DNA from: Camelus ferus
Taxonomy: Eukaryota
DNA: 64,000 nucleotides
Assembly: GCF_009834535.1 (NCBI RefSeq)
Contig: NC_045696.1
Coordinates: 93,560,001 to 93,624,000, forward strand
Direction of reading: 5' to 3'
A program made the translations under genes and the position numbers. Of the stretch, positions 24,751 through 37,790 are shown piece by piece. The stretch's first letter is position 1; every line of letters starts with the position of its first letter. Under the pieces are notes generated by a model, which saw only the letters and a list, made by a program, of their open reading frames with translations, was not told where the DNA came from and did no database searches.

Positions 24751-25639
24751 ATGTAAAAGGTTAGACTTCTATGACACTCACCTGGATCTCTTTGAGTCTC
24801 AAGCACTTTGTTCTCCCTAAATAACAGGGTTTGTTGTGCTATGTTATCATGTATATTTTTGTAATATTTCTGCCCCAATAGGCTGTGAGCACCTCAAAAC
24901 AGGAACCATATCTCATTCATTTTGTACTCTCAGTGCTTAGAATTCTGCTGAGCATATAAGGGTACTCTGTAAACTTTTGTGAAAAAAGCAAGTTAAAATT
25001 AATCTCAATGAACAATGTTCACATTTTTCACTTCAGAATAATTTTCAATATGTAACTGAGACATAAAAAGATAAAAGAGGGTTGAATATTAATAAGCCAG
25101 CCAGAATTACTAAGCTGTGAGATAGCAAAAAGGATATATTTTGTGCATTATCCCCTGGGAAGTAATTCACATTTAATGGTGAACTGTGGTTCTTCAATAG
25201 TATCACATCATTTCTACAAAAGGAATTTTACATTCTTTAAATTAGGCTGTTGAGGAAAGGATGCTAAACCCTTCAAAATCTTAATTGATAAGAAAAATGA
25301 CAACGTCCTCAGAAGTATTTACATAGGAGGGAAAGAGTTCTTTAAAAAAAAACATAGATCTCATAGAATGGGGTTACATTACATTATAGAATTACATAGA
25401 ATATATAGTACAATATAGAATTACATTAGTGTTCATGGGTGTCTCCAAGCCTAAAAGAAGCTATATTAGCATAAGATTGCTGGATCTGGTTTGAGAAATG
25501 TTTCTTGTGTCACAAAGACTATAAAAATGTTAAAACTTTCCATCAAAAATGACTAAAAGGATGAATTGCAAAATGATTTTTTAATCCTTGCTTATATATT
25601 TAACATGAATATAGAGAAGAATAGACTTCCCTTTTAAAA

Positions 25640-26460
25640 TAGTTTGTTTTTTCTGTTCATAAATCTAATATACATTCACTATAAAAATGGAAAAGATATA
25701 TTTTTAAAATCATATAGTTTTTGGCCAATGGAACATTTTCTCTATTAACATTTTGATATATTTCTAACCTTTCTTCTGTGTAAAAATTTGCACATTTCTT
25801 ATTTTACAAAATTGAAATCACATTATATATAATCTCATAGCATGTACTTTCAATTTATCTGACCATTATATCTGACCATTTTCCCATCATTAAATATTTT
25901 TGAAGATATGTTTTACTGCATTTGTGTTACTCTTTTTCTATTGTTTTTTCAGGTGATCAAATATATACCAAGTACCTACTATGTGCTAGATGATACATTA
26001 AGCACTAGAGACAGCTTCATGAAGTTCTTGCTCTTGCAGAGAGCTTACATTCAACAAATAGTGTAGATGAAGTTCAACGAGTCCTATAGGATGCTATGGA
26101 AACAGTGGCCCACCTAACCTACTCTAGGAAAACCAGGCTGCATTTAAGCTGAGACCTGCCAGATAAGTGGGAGGGTAAACAATGTATGTTGAGGGACTGT
26201 ATTCCAGGCAAAGGAAAATGTGTGTTAAAAGATCTGTAGTTGAGAAGGACCACATCTCTTTCAAAGTACTGAAAGAAGTTTGTTGTGGCAATAGGGATAA
26301 ATAGAGTGATTAGGAACGTGGTCTGGAGCTTGAGGTTCTAAATGGCAACACCCATTAAACAGCTTAATATACAGATTTAATGTTCAGTAGAGATCACTGA
26401 GCTGGAGTGATAGATTTGAAAGTCTTTAGTGTATGTATGGTGACTATTCTATTCACTAAT
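25640..26460 (-). mobile_element. Old L1ME 3' fragment (~25640-25930) followed by L2 fragments
   Basis: 'ttttacaaaattgaaatcacattatatat'; 'agtacctactatgtgctagatg', 'agagcttacattc'. Confidence 0.6.
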
Positions 26461-26937
26461 CTAAAATTACTTGATTATTTTAGGAATGCAAAAAATGTAT
26501 TATGTATATAGCTTGTGCATTACAATAATTTATTTTAAATAGTTAAGTGCAATTTGAGCAATAAATATTTCCTATTTGAATACTGTAATAATTATTTGTA
26601 ATTGTTACAGCTACAAGCTAGTATACATTTAAGAGCCTAATCTTTCTCAGATTATCAAAACTGGGCAAAAATTGAGAAAACTAAAATTTTAGTTTGTTTT
26701 ATTTTCCACTAGTCTTTATAAAATTAATCTTGCCCATCTTTCTTCCAGAACTGCCTCTTTACAAATCGTTCTGACGGTAGTACAGCAGGTAGATATCTTC
26801 CACTATCCTGTTCCTACTTCCCTATCTACAGCACTGTTCAAGACTTATTCACCAATTATTTCATTTAGGTTAACCTTTCATCCTCAAATATCTGTATACC
26901 CTAAATAGGGGCCATATTCACACCTCTCTTACCCCTA

Positions 26938-27171
26938 CAGTTGGGTTTCTTAACCTTGGCACTACTGACATTTTGGCTGGATTATTATTTGTCGTGCACA
27001 GCTTTCCTGTGCATTGTAGGATGCTCAGTGGAACCCCTATCCTCTACCTACTAGTTGCCAGTAGCAAATCTCCTGACCCCACAGCCCCCCAAGTTGTGAC
27101 AACCAAAAATATCTTTAGACATTGCCCAATGTCCCTTGGGGGACAAAAACACTCCTGGCTAAGAACCATTG
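26938..27171. mobile_element. MER20 hAT-Charlie MITE
   Basis: 'aaccttggcactactgacattttggctggatt...ttgtgacaaccaaaaatatctttagacattgcccaatgtccc...aagaaccattg'. Confidence 0.92.
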
Positions 27172-27559
27172 CTCTATATCATATCCCGTAGTCTGGAGAA
27201 GAAGTAAACATGTGTTTTAGATAATTCTGTCAAATTTATGTCAATAATCAATACACATGTGAATGAGATTCAGATCTGCAGAACCTTAATATGACATACT
27301 GCAAAGTTGTTTGCTCTTCACTGTCAGTGTTCATAAAGGAACAAAATATTCTAGCTGTTAAAGACAGCAACCAATGCAAAGGTGATCCAAATAAAAAAAC
27401 TCCCTGGGTAACAATTTTTAATGTTTTTATAACAGAAGATTTTCTAAACTACTCTAATTAGTAACTATAAAGTAAAACAAGTGCTATTGTTAGCCTATTT
27501 GTACCACGGCTCTTCTTGACATGTGTGGTATTATATAAACATCTTAACGTTTTGATTCT

Positions 27560-27730
27560 TGACACTCAAAGCATGGTCCAGGGACCAGAAGGGTTGGCAT
27601 CAGCTGAAAGCCTGTCAGAAAATTCAGAATCTCAGGTTCCACCTCAAACTGAATCAGAATCTTCATTTTAACAAGATCCCCAGATCCCCAGAGATTTGTA
27701 TACACAGTAAAAACCGAGAAAGATTGGGTT
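27560..27730. mobile_element. MER5A-type MITE
   Basis: 'actcaaagcatggtccagggaccag...gaatcagaatcttcattttaacaagatcccc'. Confidence 0.8.
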
Positions 27731-28499
27731 AGATGATCCTTTGCTCCCGCTACCTACTCTAAATTTAGTAAAATAAAATTATATTCTTCTGTCCAGATAA
27801 AACTCTTTCACATGTTAATGCTAATAATCCTTTTATTTTTCATTTTTATCTATTTTTGAAAATAGAAAATCAGATATAGCCAGCAGAATAAGTGTTTTAT
27901 TATAAGTGCTTTGAGCATTAGCTCAATCATGTAATGTATCTACTTGCCTGTTAAGACAAAATCAAGACTTCAGCTGGTAATCAGTATTTCAATTAATGTG
28001 GCTATATGTAGATAAACATATTTCAGGAAATTCTTGACCCTTGTTCTTCAGCATTTATTACCTGTTCAATATAATCAGGTTCTGCTCCTAGATATAATTT
28101 TGCAATAATTTTGCACAATTTTGATTTAAAAAATACATTTTAGACTCTGGAAAAGTTGGTATGCCAGTGATTTCTATGTCTAATACATTTTTCTATTATG
28201 CTTTAAAGAGTTTTAGAGTCAATAAATAAATTTTCAAATACAAAATTACTTTAAACAAAAAGAGCTTTTATTTGCAGAATCTCTTCCCTTCCCTCCCGAT
28301 AATTTTACTCTCAGTTTAGCAATGGTGAGGGCAGTAAACATTATGCTGAAAGGAAAAGGAAAAGGAAAATAAACATATTTTTTCCTTTCTTTTTCTTTTT
28401 ATGTTCAGCATCCACATTTAAAAACACACAGTGACTATCCATAGGATGGAAAAATCAGTGACAGAGTTAAATAAATTCTATAGTTCCAATTATTTTTGT

Positions 28500-29100
28500 C
28501 TTGCCACTGAAGTCAATCAAAGATGGCTTTGCCCAATGCTTCACATTAACTGAGGAAAAGATGGGAGAGAGGTGATATGCAAATTTGAAAGGTGACTTTT
28601 TTAGGGTTCTTTCTATCTTCATTTTTGGAACTAAATATCCAGATGATGAAGGATCGGATAGCCAAAGCCCTATATAGTTGGCAAACCTGTTTCTCTGTGC
28701 TCCCCCGAGCCATCAATTTAAAAAATCAAAACACAGAAGAAGAGAATGGATTGGAATAAGAAGCAGCTTTCCAGAGACAGAAGTGTCACTGCTAAGTGTC
28801 TCATCTGCCCACTTATCAGCCAAAGGCGAAAACCTGACTGCTCCTACAGTTATCTAGGTCTTCCTCTACAATGACAATATGTATTCCCCAATGGGCTGGA
28901 AAAGCTGAATTCCTATTTTAAATAAAAGGGGAGAGAGGAGACACTGACTGACAGTAAGTCACAGAGAGAGAACACAGTTCTTTCCTTACTTTGCAAAGAA
29001 TATAAGTGCAAAACAGAAATACACAGGGGAAGATCATGTGAATAAATACAAGTGAGTTCAGCATTCATTGTGATGTAAACATTTACATTTCTTCTGAGTG
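28500..29100. promoter_or_regulatory. Candidate enhancer in a repeat-free island
   Basis: Clustered motifs: ATCAAAG, octamer ATGCAAAT 28577-84, TAAGTG 28793-98, CATCTG 28802-07, CACTTATCA 28810-18, TTATCT 28850-55, CTATTTTAAA 28913-22; motif evidence only. Confidence 0.35.
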
Positions 29101-30039
29101 ATGGATGCAGAAAACATCACCTCTCACACTAGACAGCCAGAGCTTTTCCTCTGTAGATTCACACGGGCTCAATACCCATCATTACTTCATCTCACTATCT
29201 GATCTGACCTTTACAGCTTTGCTTCTTTCATCATCTCTTATTCTCCAGTATCTGGCTGCCTTTATTTTATAGCTCTGCATTCCATCAAACTGAGTTCTTC
29301 TTGCACATTATTAATCCTTTCTCAAATTACCTACATAGCTGTGAACCTGCGTATATTTTTAAAGAACATTTAATGAATTAAGACTTGGCTGACTTAGTAA
29401 TTAAAGCATATATTAAAAGAGTATGTGTGCTTCCTAGAGATTTTGTGTATGTCCCTGAAGTCTTCTGGTAATGTTTCTCATAGGAATGGAAAGGTTTTTC
29501 TTGAGTATTTAAGAGAGAAAAAGAAAGAAAGAAAGGAATTAGATCTAGATAAAGAACAGAAAAGAGACAAACCCATAACCAGGCATGATGTAGATGTGCC
29601 ACTCAGAATACCCTTGGCTACAGAAAGTATCCTTTGTGTTTATTCTTCTTTGAATCCTTATTTCTGGTGATTTGGGCTCTCATTTAGTGATAGTAGAGAT
29701 GAAAGCCAATTAGAGAGGCTTTAGTTTTTTGACCTTAGATTTGGAACTGCTCAGTAACTTCTTCATCTCTTCTCAATTAAATATCAATCCCCCTCTCAAA
29801 GCAAATACTAACTTCATATAGGCCAATACTTGTATTTCACTCTTCTACTTAATATTTTAATGTAATCTATTAATATTAATGTATGGATGTAGACTATTCC
29901 ACATCAATACATTATGCCATTGTGTGACATAATACACAATGAGTCATGTCAACTCTTGGAAAAATTTTTTGGTTCCAAATTATTAGGTGTCTAAGTGGCA
30001 TGGGTTGTAAAATTCTTGTACTTTTCATATATTCTGAGA

Positions 30040-30845
30040 TTATGGGGAGTTGTGAAATGCTGATGGCCACTCTGGAAGATATTTTGGCAGTTTCTTATAA
30101 AACTAAGCATGTAACTATCATATGACCTAGCCACTATGCTTCTGGGCATTTATCTCAGAGAAATGTAAAATGTATTTTCACACAAAAACCTGTACTCAAT
30201 TGTTCATAGCCCCTTTTCTTGTAATAGCCAAAACCTAGAAATAGCCCAGATATATCCTTCAATGAGGAATGATTAAACAAACTGATATATCCATACTATG
30301 GAATACTACTCAGCAATAAAAAAGAACAAACTTGGTACATGAAACAACTTGAATGGAAATTAAGCGAATTATGCTGAGAGGAAAAAGCTAATTTCAAAAT
30401 GTTACATGCTCTATGATCCCAATTATGCAACATTCTTGAAATAACAAAATTACAGAGATAGAGAATAAATTAGTTGTTACCAGGGTTTATGGAGGGGTAA
30501 GGGAGAAGGTGGTTGTGGCTATAAAGGGGTAGCTCATAGGAGTGTTGTAGTGATGGAATAGGTCTTTATCTTGATTGTGGTAGTAGTTATATGAACCTAT
30601 ACATGAGATAAAATTTCACAGAAACATACACACAAATGAGTGCATGCAAAACTAATGAAATCTGAATAAGCTCTATGTATTGTATCAATGTCCACTTCCT
30701 GATTTTGATAATGCAGTATAATTATGCAAGATGTTACCATAAAGAAAACTGGGAGAAAGGTAAACAGAAACTCCCCTTACTCATACACTTTTTTTGTAAC
30801 TTCCTGTGAATCTAAAATTGTTTTAAAATTAAAATTAAAAGAGAA
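30040..30845 (+). mobile_element. L1MC/L1MD-like 3' end
   Basis: 'ccactctggaagatattttggcagtttctt', 'catacacacaaatgagtgcatgcaaaactaatgaaatctgaataagc', 'cttcctgtgaatctaaaatt'. Confidence 0.85.
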
Positions 30846-30899
30846 AACTTGTCCTGAAAAAAAAAAAGACTTTTGATTTTGAAGGCTTTTGAAGATCCT

Positions 30900-32620
30900 A
30901 TATGAAATTAGTCCATTTACACTCAAAGATTATTGATAGGTATGCACTTATTGCCATTTTGTTACTTGTTTTTTAGCTATTTTTATAGTTTTTCTCTGTT
31001 CTTTCCTTCTTTCAGTCTCTCCTCTTGTGGTCTGATGATTTTTTCAGTGTTATGTTTGCATTCTTCTCTCTCTAGTTTTTGTGTATCTATTGTAGGTTTT
31101 TGATTTGTGGTTACCACGGGGTTCATGTACACTGACCTTTAACTATATCTAATTGTTTTAAACTGATGGTCATTGAAGTTCAAAGACATTCTAAAAGAGC
31201 TCCAGTTTTCACTCCTCTCCTCTACATTTTGTGGGTTTGATGTCATATTTTACATTTTCATGCCTATCCCTTAATTGTTTACTGTAGTTATAGTTCATTT
31301 CACAATTTTTGTCTTTTAATCTTCGAATTAGCTTATTTAAGTAGTTGATCCACAGCCTGCAGTATATATTTGCCTTTACTAGTGGGATTTTTTCCTTCCC
31401 TATAAATTCTTACTTCTTGTTGTAGTCTTTTCTTTTCTACTTAGACCCTTCAACACTTCTTTTGGGTTCAGTTTAGTATTGATACTCTCTTTCAGTTTTT
31501 GCTGGTGAGAAGTTCTTTATCTTGCCTTCAATTTTGAATGATAATCTGGCTAGTAGGGTATTTTAGGCTGCAGGTGTTCCCCTTTTGGCATTTTAAATAT
31601 ATTACGCCACTCCTTTCTGGCCTGCAAATTTTCTGCAGAAAAATCAGTGGAAACTCTTACGGGAGTTCCCTTGTAAGTGACTGTTTTTCTCTTGCTGCCT
31701 TTAAAATTCTCTTGTTATCTCTAACTTTTGCCACTTTAAGTGCCTTGGTGTGTGTCTCTTTGGTTTCATCTTGTTTGGTATTCTCTGTGCATCTTGTACC
31801 TAGATATCTGCTTCTTTCTTCAGCTTCAGGAAGTTTTCAGTCATAATTTTGTCACATACATTTTCTACTCCTTTCTCTCTTCTCCTTCTGGGACCTCTAA
31901 ATGTAAATGTTAGCATGCTCGATGTTGTCTTAGAGGTCCTTTAAACTGTCCTTATTTGTTTTACTTTTTGCTGTTCTGATTGGCTCACTTCCATTATTCT
32001 ATCTTCCAGATCACTTATTCTTCTGCATCACCTAGTCTGCTGTTAATTCCTCCTACTGTGTTTTTCATTTCAGTTACTATATTCATTAGCTCTGGTTACT
32101 ATTTATATTGTCTAGTTTCTTGTTAAAATTCTCACTGTGTTCATCTATTCTATTCCCAAGTTCAGTATTCTTATTACTAATGCTTTGAAATCTTTATCTT
32201 GTAAATTATTTATTTCTGTTTCATCAGTTTATTTTTTCAGGGATTTTGTGGTAGTCATTCTTTCATCTGAAACAAATTCCTCTGTCTTCTCATTTTGTTA
32301 AACTTTCTCTGTCTCTATGAAATTAAGTGAAACAGTTACCTATCCCAGTCTTGAAGGGGTTTCCTTGTGTGGGAGCATCCTTATGCTGTCTTTATGTGCC
32401 CTGTAGCTTTAGTGGGAGAGCTAGATGTGACATGTCACATCTTTCCCTGGGTTTGCTGGCAGCTATCACCTTGGTGGGAAGTAGGGCTAGAGATGGACAT
32501 GCTAGAGCCAGAGCCTTGTGTGAGCTGGGGCTTTTCCTATGCTCAGTGGCCTTCACTCCCCTGTTAGGTCCCAAGCTGCTGGAGCAGAGGCCCTGAGGGT
32601 TGTGTCTGAGCATCTGATTA
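30900..32620 (-). mobile_element. L1 5' fragment (part of 5' UTR, decayed ORF1, inter-ORF region)
   Basis: 'ccactcctttctggcctgcaaattttctgcagaaaaatcag', 'aggaagttttcagtcataattt', 'agtccatttacactcaaagattattgatagg' are antisense L1 ORF1/inter-ORF motifs. Confidence 0.85.
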
Positions 32621-33615
32621 CGAAACTCCTCTTTCCCCATTGAATGACCTTGGCACCCTTGTTGAAAATCAATTGGTCATAGAAGTTTGGGTTTATTTCT
32701 AGATTCTCAATTCTGTTCTTTGGTCCACATGTTTATCCTTATGCCAGTACCACTCTGTTTTGATTACTATAACTTGTTAGTAAGTTTTTAATTTGGGACA
32801 CACGAGTCCTCCAACTTTGTTTTTCTTTTTCAATATTGTTTTTGGCTATGTTGGGCCTTCTGCAATTCAATATGAATTTGAAGATCAGCTTTTCCATTTT
32901 CACTAAAAAGACCACTGTAATTTTGATAAAGTTTGCATTGAATCTGTAGATCATTAGGGAAGGTACTGCCATCTTAAAATATTGTCTTCCAATCTATGAA
33001 CATGGGATGTCTTTTAATTTAGTTAGATCTTTAAGTTGTTTCAGCAATTTGTAGCTTTCAATTCACAAGACTTTCATCTTCTTGGTTAAATTTATTCTTA
33101 AGTGTTTTATTATTTTGGATGCTATTATATATGGAATTGTGTTCATAAGTTTCTTTGGATTGTTTTATGCTGGTGTGAAAAATACAGCTGAGGTTTGTAA
33201 GTTTATCTTACATGCTGCCACTTTGCTGAATTTATTTATTAGCTCTAATAATATTTTTGGTTAATTCTTTGTGATTTCCTTCATACAGAAACATATCTAT
33301 GAATAGAGATAATTTTACTTCTTCCATTCCAATTTAGGTAACTTTATTTCTTTTCCTTGCTTTATTGCTCTAGCTAGGACTTCCAGGATAATGTTGAATA
33401 GTAGTGACAAAAATGAACATCCTTGTCTTATTCCTGAGCTAAGGGAGAAAGCTTTCAGTTTTTTATGTTGAATATGATGTTAGCTGTGGGTATTTCATAA
33501 ATGTCCTTTATCTTGTTGAAGAAGGTCCCTTCTATTTCAACTTTTTTTAGTGTTTCATCATGAAAAGGAGTTTGGATTTTGCCATATGCACTTTCTGTTC
33601 CTACTGAGATAATCC
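32620..33615 (-). mobile_element. Older L1 ORF2 fragment (RT region)
   Basis: ORF 32739-32972 (IYRFNANFIKI...KLIFKFILN) is decayed ORF2; 'tttgcattgaatctgtagatca'. Confidence 0.9.
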
Positions 33616-36600
33616 TTTTTAAAATTTAAGCTAGTTTGAATGAGTTTTTCTTTTACTGACAGTTGTACCTTTTATATTTCTCTTGCTTTCACCTTGTTCT
33701 TGTTTTTCTCTCACAGAAATTGTTTCAGCAAGTGGCAAGTTCCACTGCAATGAATAATAATTGACAATTGGTTTGGCAAGGAAATCCTACAAAATGACTT
33801 TGTTATTTCACTCTGCTTTTACTGGCTGTAATGTCATTAATATATAGGTCTTGATTTATATCAAGCTATGAAAGGTTATGGCCTCAATGAAAAAAACTAC
33901 TTATTTTCAGTTTTGTCTAATACGCAGGAACAGTAGTGATGTGAACAGAACTGAAAAAAATGCATCATTTCTTCTCATAATTTACTCCTTTTGTCCCCAA
34001 GAAATGTTTTCAAGAAATAATCCTTGTTTTAGTGAATTCTCCCTTGAAGTTCTTACTGGTTTCCGGCAACTCTTGTTCAAAGTCTGAAGCCATTTGTTCC
34101 ATCTGAAAGATTTATTGAGAAGGAAGATGAAATGTTTAATCCAATATAAAATAATAGTAATATATGAAGACTGTAACCCAAAGAGGCTTTAGCTTTCCTT
34201 CTGCTCTTTCATTTGGACCTTCTAGCACTTTCTTCCATTCCTTGGGCATTCTGAGAAGAGATTTAGACATTGTAGAATGCAAATATACAAATTCAGAACA
34301 AGATCAAGCTGGATCCAGTACTGTCCGGTCAGTGCTTTCAGCATCTCCACAGTTCCCTGTACTTACTCCTTAATCTCTCATTGTCTTTTATAAAATATTA
34401 GAAATAATTATCCAAACACAACAGATTGAACGTTAATATGACAGAGAAGTATCAGATCATCTAAGTTGTCATTCCCCTAAGTTTTCTCTTTTTCAATCTT
34501 TTTCTATTTCCTAAAACTATTGAACAACATTTACTCTTCACCATCCTTTATTCTTTAAATGAGGACAGGGCATGACGTAAAGGACTAAAATGGTTAAGAG
34601 TATTCCAAGTATTATTGAAAAAGATGGGAAATTAGGAAATGATGATCACTTAACTAAGGAGCCCAAGTGAAGAATAATGAAATGTAAAACAGAGAAGGGG
34701 AAAAGTACTACACACACAGTCATGTGGTTGAATTGGGTAACTGCTCAGGGATATTTTGGAGGAGAGAAAGTGAAGCACTCCTCTCCCACCTACAGTCTAT
34801 AAAATGTCTTTACCATTATATGTTCATCATTTTGGTAATTCTGACTAGTAGATTTGTAAGATTCTTGTAAGAAAAAGAATTGTGATGATTAAAAGAGATG
34901 CCATTCAGTCTGTTCATAACAAAGTCTCCATTACCATCCCTATCAGAGACTTAGGAATAAAATAAGAACATTAGAGCACTCTTTGCCAGTCGCAAGTAGA
35001 AGACCCAAGAGGCTCTTGTTTTCAACAGAAAGACAAGGGCAATTACACTTATTGTTCACCACCCTCCAAAAAAACCCAAGAAATTTCCAGTAACAGACTT
35101 AAAACCTATTTCCCCTCCTTAACCGTTCAAAATAATAAATTCAAAGACTTTCAGAACAAGAATGTACAAGAAGCCCTAATTTTTAAAATCGGATTTTTTG
35201 CAAAGCTTTTACATTTTCTCCAAGTGCTCAATAGGATTAAATATTCATCAGCTGAAACACACAAATGCCTGAAAACCCAGTGCCCTGAATACTTACTTCA
35301 TGGCTCACAGAATATTTACATTGCTAACAAGCTACTTATTGTATGAATGTTAGAGGGATTTGGCATGCCTGATATTCAGAAGCTATTAACAAGAGCTCTA
35401 GAAGCATGCATAAAGGCTGGGCACAAAATCATGTTTACTGGATTGTGGAAGATCATAAAAAAGAAAGAGATTAGTTTCATTGGCTCTTTCTGCTATCTTA
35501 GATCCCAGGTAGGCTGCTGCCTACCTCTCATTTCCAAAAGAAACAGAGAAAGCAGCAAAACTCAGACCTGGGACCACTAGAACAAGCATCAGTTGAAAAT
35601 TATTAATAAATAAGGAGATGCAACATGTAGCAGGAGCCACAAGACTGGCTTTAACAATGAATGCAGTAACCCAACAATATACATACAAAATACTAGGATT
35701 CACTGCTGCCCTGGAGGTTTTTATTGTAATCATTCATAAAATCTCACTATAAAATACCCATTTGTCATAATCAATTTCAATTTTAAAATATTTATGTCTG
35801 CATTACAGAATTGTTTCCATCTAACAAACAGCTCATGTTCTAAAAAATTACTTAATAAATGCTATAAATCAAAGCCAACATTCTAAGCCAGGAAACAAAT
35901 AAGTCACACATCTTAGAAATGTAAAAGTAGTTTTCCAAAGTAATTGCCAAATTTTTGCCCAGCATTAAGTATTAATGAACCCTTTAATTAATAATGGATC
36001 TTTATATCACAACTGCTTGAATTAAAAAAAAGTTAAGACATGGGAAGATTAATCCAGACGGGCCCAATGTCCAGGATGTTATCATACCTTGATCTTTCAG
36101 AAGCTTCACATAATGCTGCACTGAATAAAATCTAGGCATATAAAATACTCATGTGTATATTTAATATTTTAATATATATTCGAAGTCTCTATAGAGTACA
36201 TTTCAGGTGCTCTGAATTTTAGTTTTTAATAAACATATTTATGTTTTATATTTATATTCAGAACTTAAGGGGATTTGTGTGCTTCTTGAGGAGTTAAGGT
36301 AGCAGTTATACAGAAGTAGCAGTTATACAATTTCCTTACCGGTGAATAGATGTCTTATGATTCACTTGACGTTAACAGAGTACATTTGTATTCTTAAAGG
36401 AAATCCAGTTGTAGGTGACTTTCTGAATTTGACACCATTATCTTTTCCTGTAGTCTCCTAGGCCAAGGATACATTTACAGGGACCTCAATTATTTCCATT
36501 GTAAAGTAAAAAAAAAAAAAAACTGAAATAATTCCCAAGGTCATTTTCAGCTCTAAGTCTCCACACAACATTTTTATTTGGTCCTGGCAACAAGAAAGTA

Positions 36601-37249
36601 GACAGAGAGTTTAATATTTTGGGTCATCACTTAGGTCACTTAAAAAATATTTATTTAGTGCCTTCTATGTGCCAGACAGTGTTCTAGGAGTGAAGGGAAT
36701 GGTAATAACCAGCAGGCTTTACTGCTACAGTGTTTAAGTGTTACTGGAGTAGGAAGACAATAAGTATACAAATTAATCATTAACTATAATGTCAAGTTGC
36801 ATAATTGCTACTAAAAATATTTAGCAGGGTAAGGAGGAAGTAAGAATCTACTCCAATATACCTCAAACATCTCTTTTTTAGAATTATTCTTAATCTGTAT
36901 TATTTTTATAGTCTTTCAAAATTTACACTTGCTATATCCTGAGATTTTTGTTTATTCTTTGCAGTTATGCCAGTTCTTTTTCTTCTTGAATCTATTTTTA
37001 AATGGAGTTGCCACTTGAATTATTCTGAAATGCAACTAGCTCAACACCTTCAGAGGAACTAAGTATAATAAATCAATGCTAAGAAACTTCAATGCAAAAA
37101 ATTCCAAAGTTTTTAGTGCCTTTGACAATACAGATGAAGAGGCAAAGACCAGTGGCCTACTAAATAAAATTTAAAGCATGAATTTAGTAATACAAACACT
37201 ATTTCTATGTTAGCATTTCCTATGGCTCTTGATCTTTGGGGCAGAATAC

Positions 37250-37642
37250 TGTAAGCCCACAGTGGTTCTTCCTTCTCTGAGAACAGTTCCTGGCAAACAG
37301 GGCTAATAGCTCTGCCTTTACTATATCACCCTATATCTCACCTTGGCTGAATGGTCCAGCAGTGGACATGTGATATGAGTGGAGCCAATCACATTCTCCT
37401 TTTTTTTTTTTTTCTTTCTCAGGTCTATAATATTCATAACAAAGGGATCCAGAAGCAGAATGCTGTAAGAGCTGAGTCATTTTAAATGAAAATTGTTCAG
37501 ATAGGGTCTGTGAGGTAATGATCTTCCTGATTCTTCATTATCCATCTCTTTTTGGTTCCATGAGATAGCTTAATATTATTTAAAAAAAAAATTCACTTTC
37601 TAATTTAAACTAGTGAGAATCTTTTATGTTGCTTTTGCCACA
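37250..37642 (+). mobile_element. Old ERVL LTR (LTR16-like)
   Basis: 'gacatgtgatatgagtggagccaatcacattctc' and terminus 'ttaaactagtgagaatcttttatgttgc'. Confidence 0.5.
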
Positions 37643-37790
37643 GATGACATCATAGTCAGTGGTGATAAGATTGAAAGCTTTCTCCCTTAGCTCAGGAATA
37701 AGACAAGAATGCTCACTTTTGCCACTGCTATTTGACATCAGCCTGAAAGTCCTAGCTAGAGCAGTCAGGCAAGAAAAAGAGATTAAGTTC
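37643..37790 (+). mobile_element. Short internal L1 ORF2 (RT) fragment
   Basis: 'tgaaagctttctcccttagctcaggaataagacaagaatgc...aagtcctagctagagcagtcaggcaagaaaaagag' ([36 protein letters not shown] region). Confidence 0.9.

Noticed and set aside
36299..36329. Short tandem duplication gtagcagttataca(gaa) x2, and similar small ones near 25858 and 18820
   Set aside because: Ordinary slippage duplications with no further structure.
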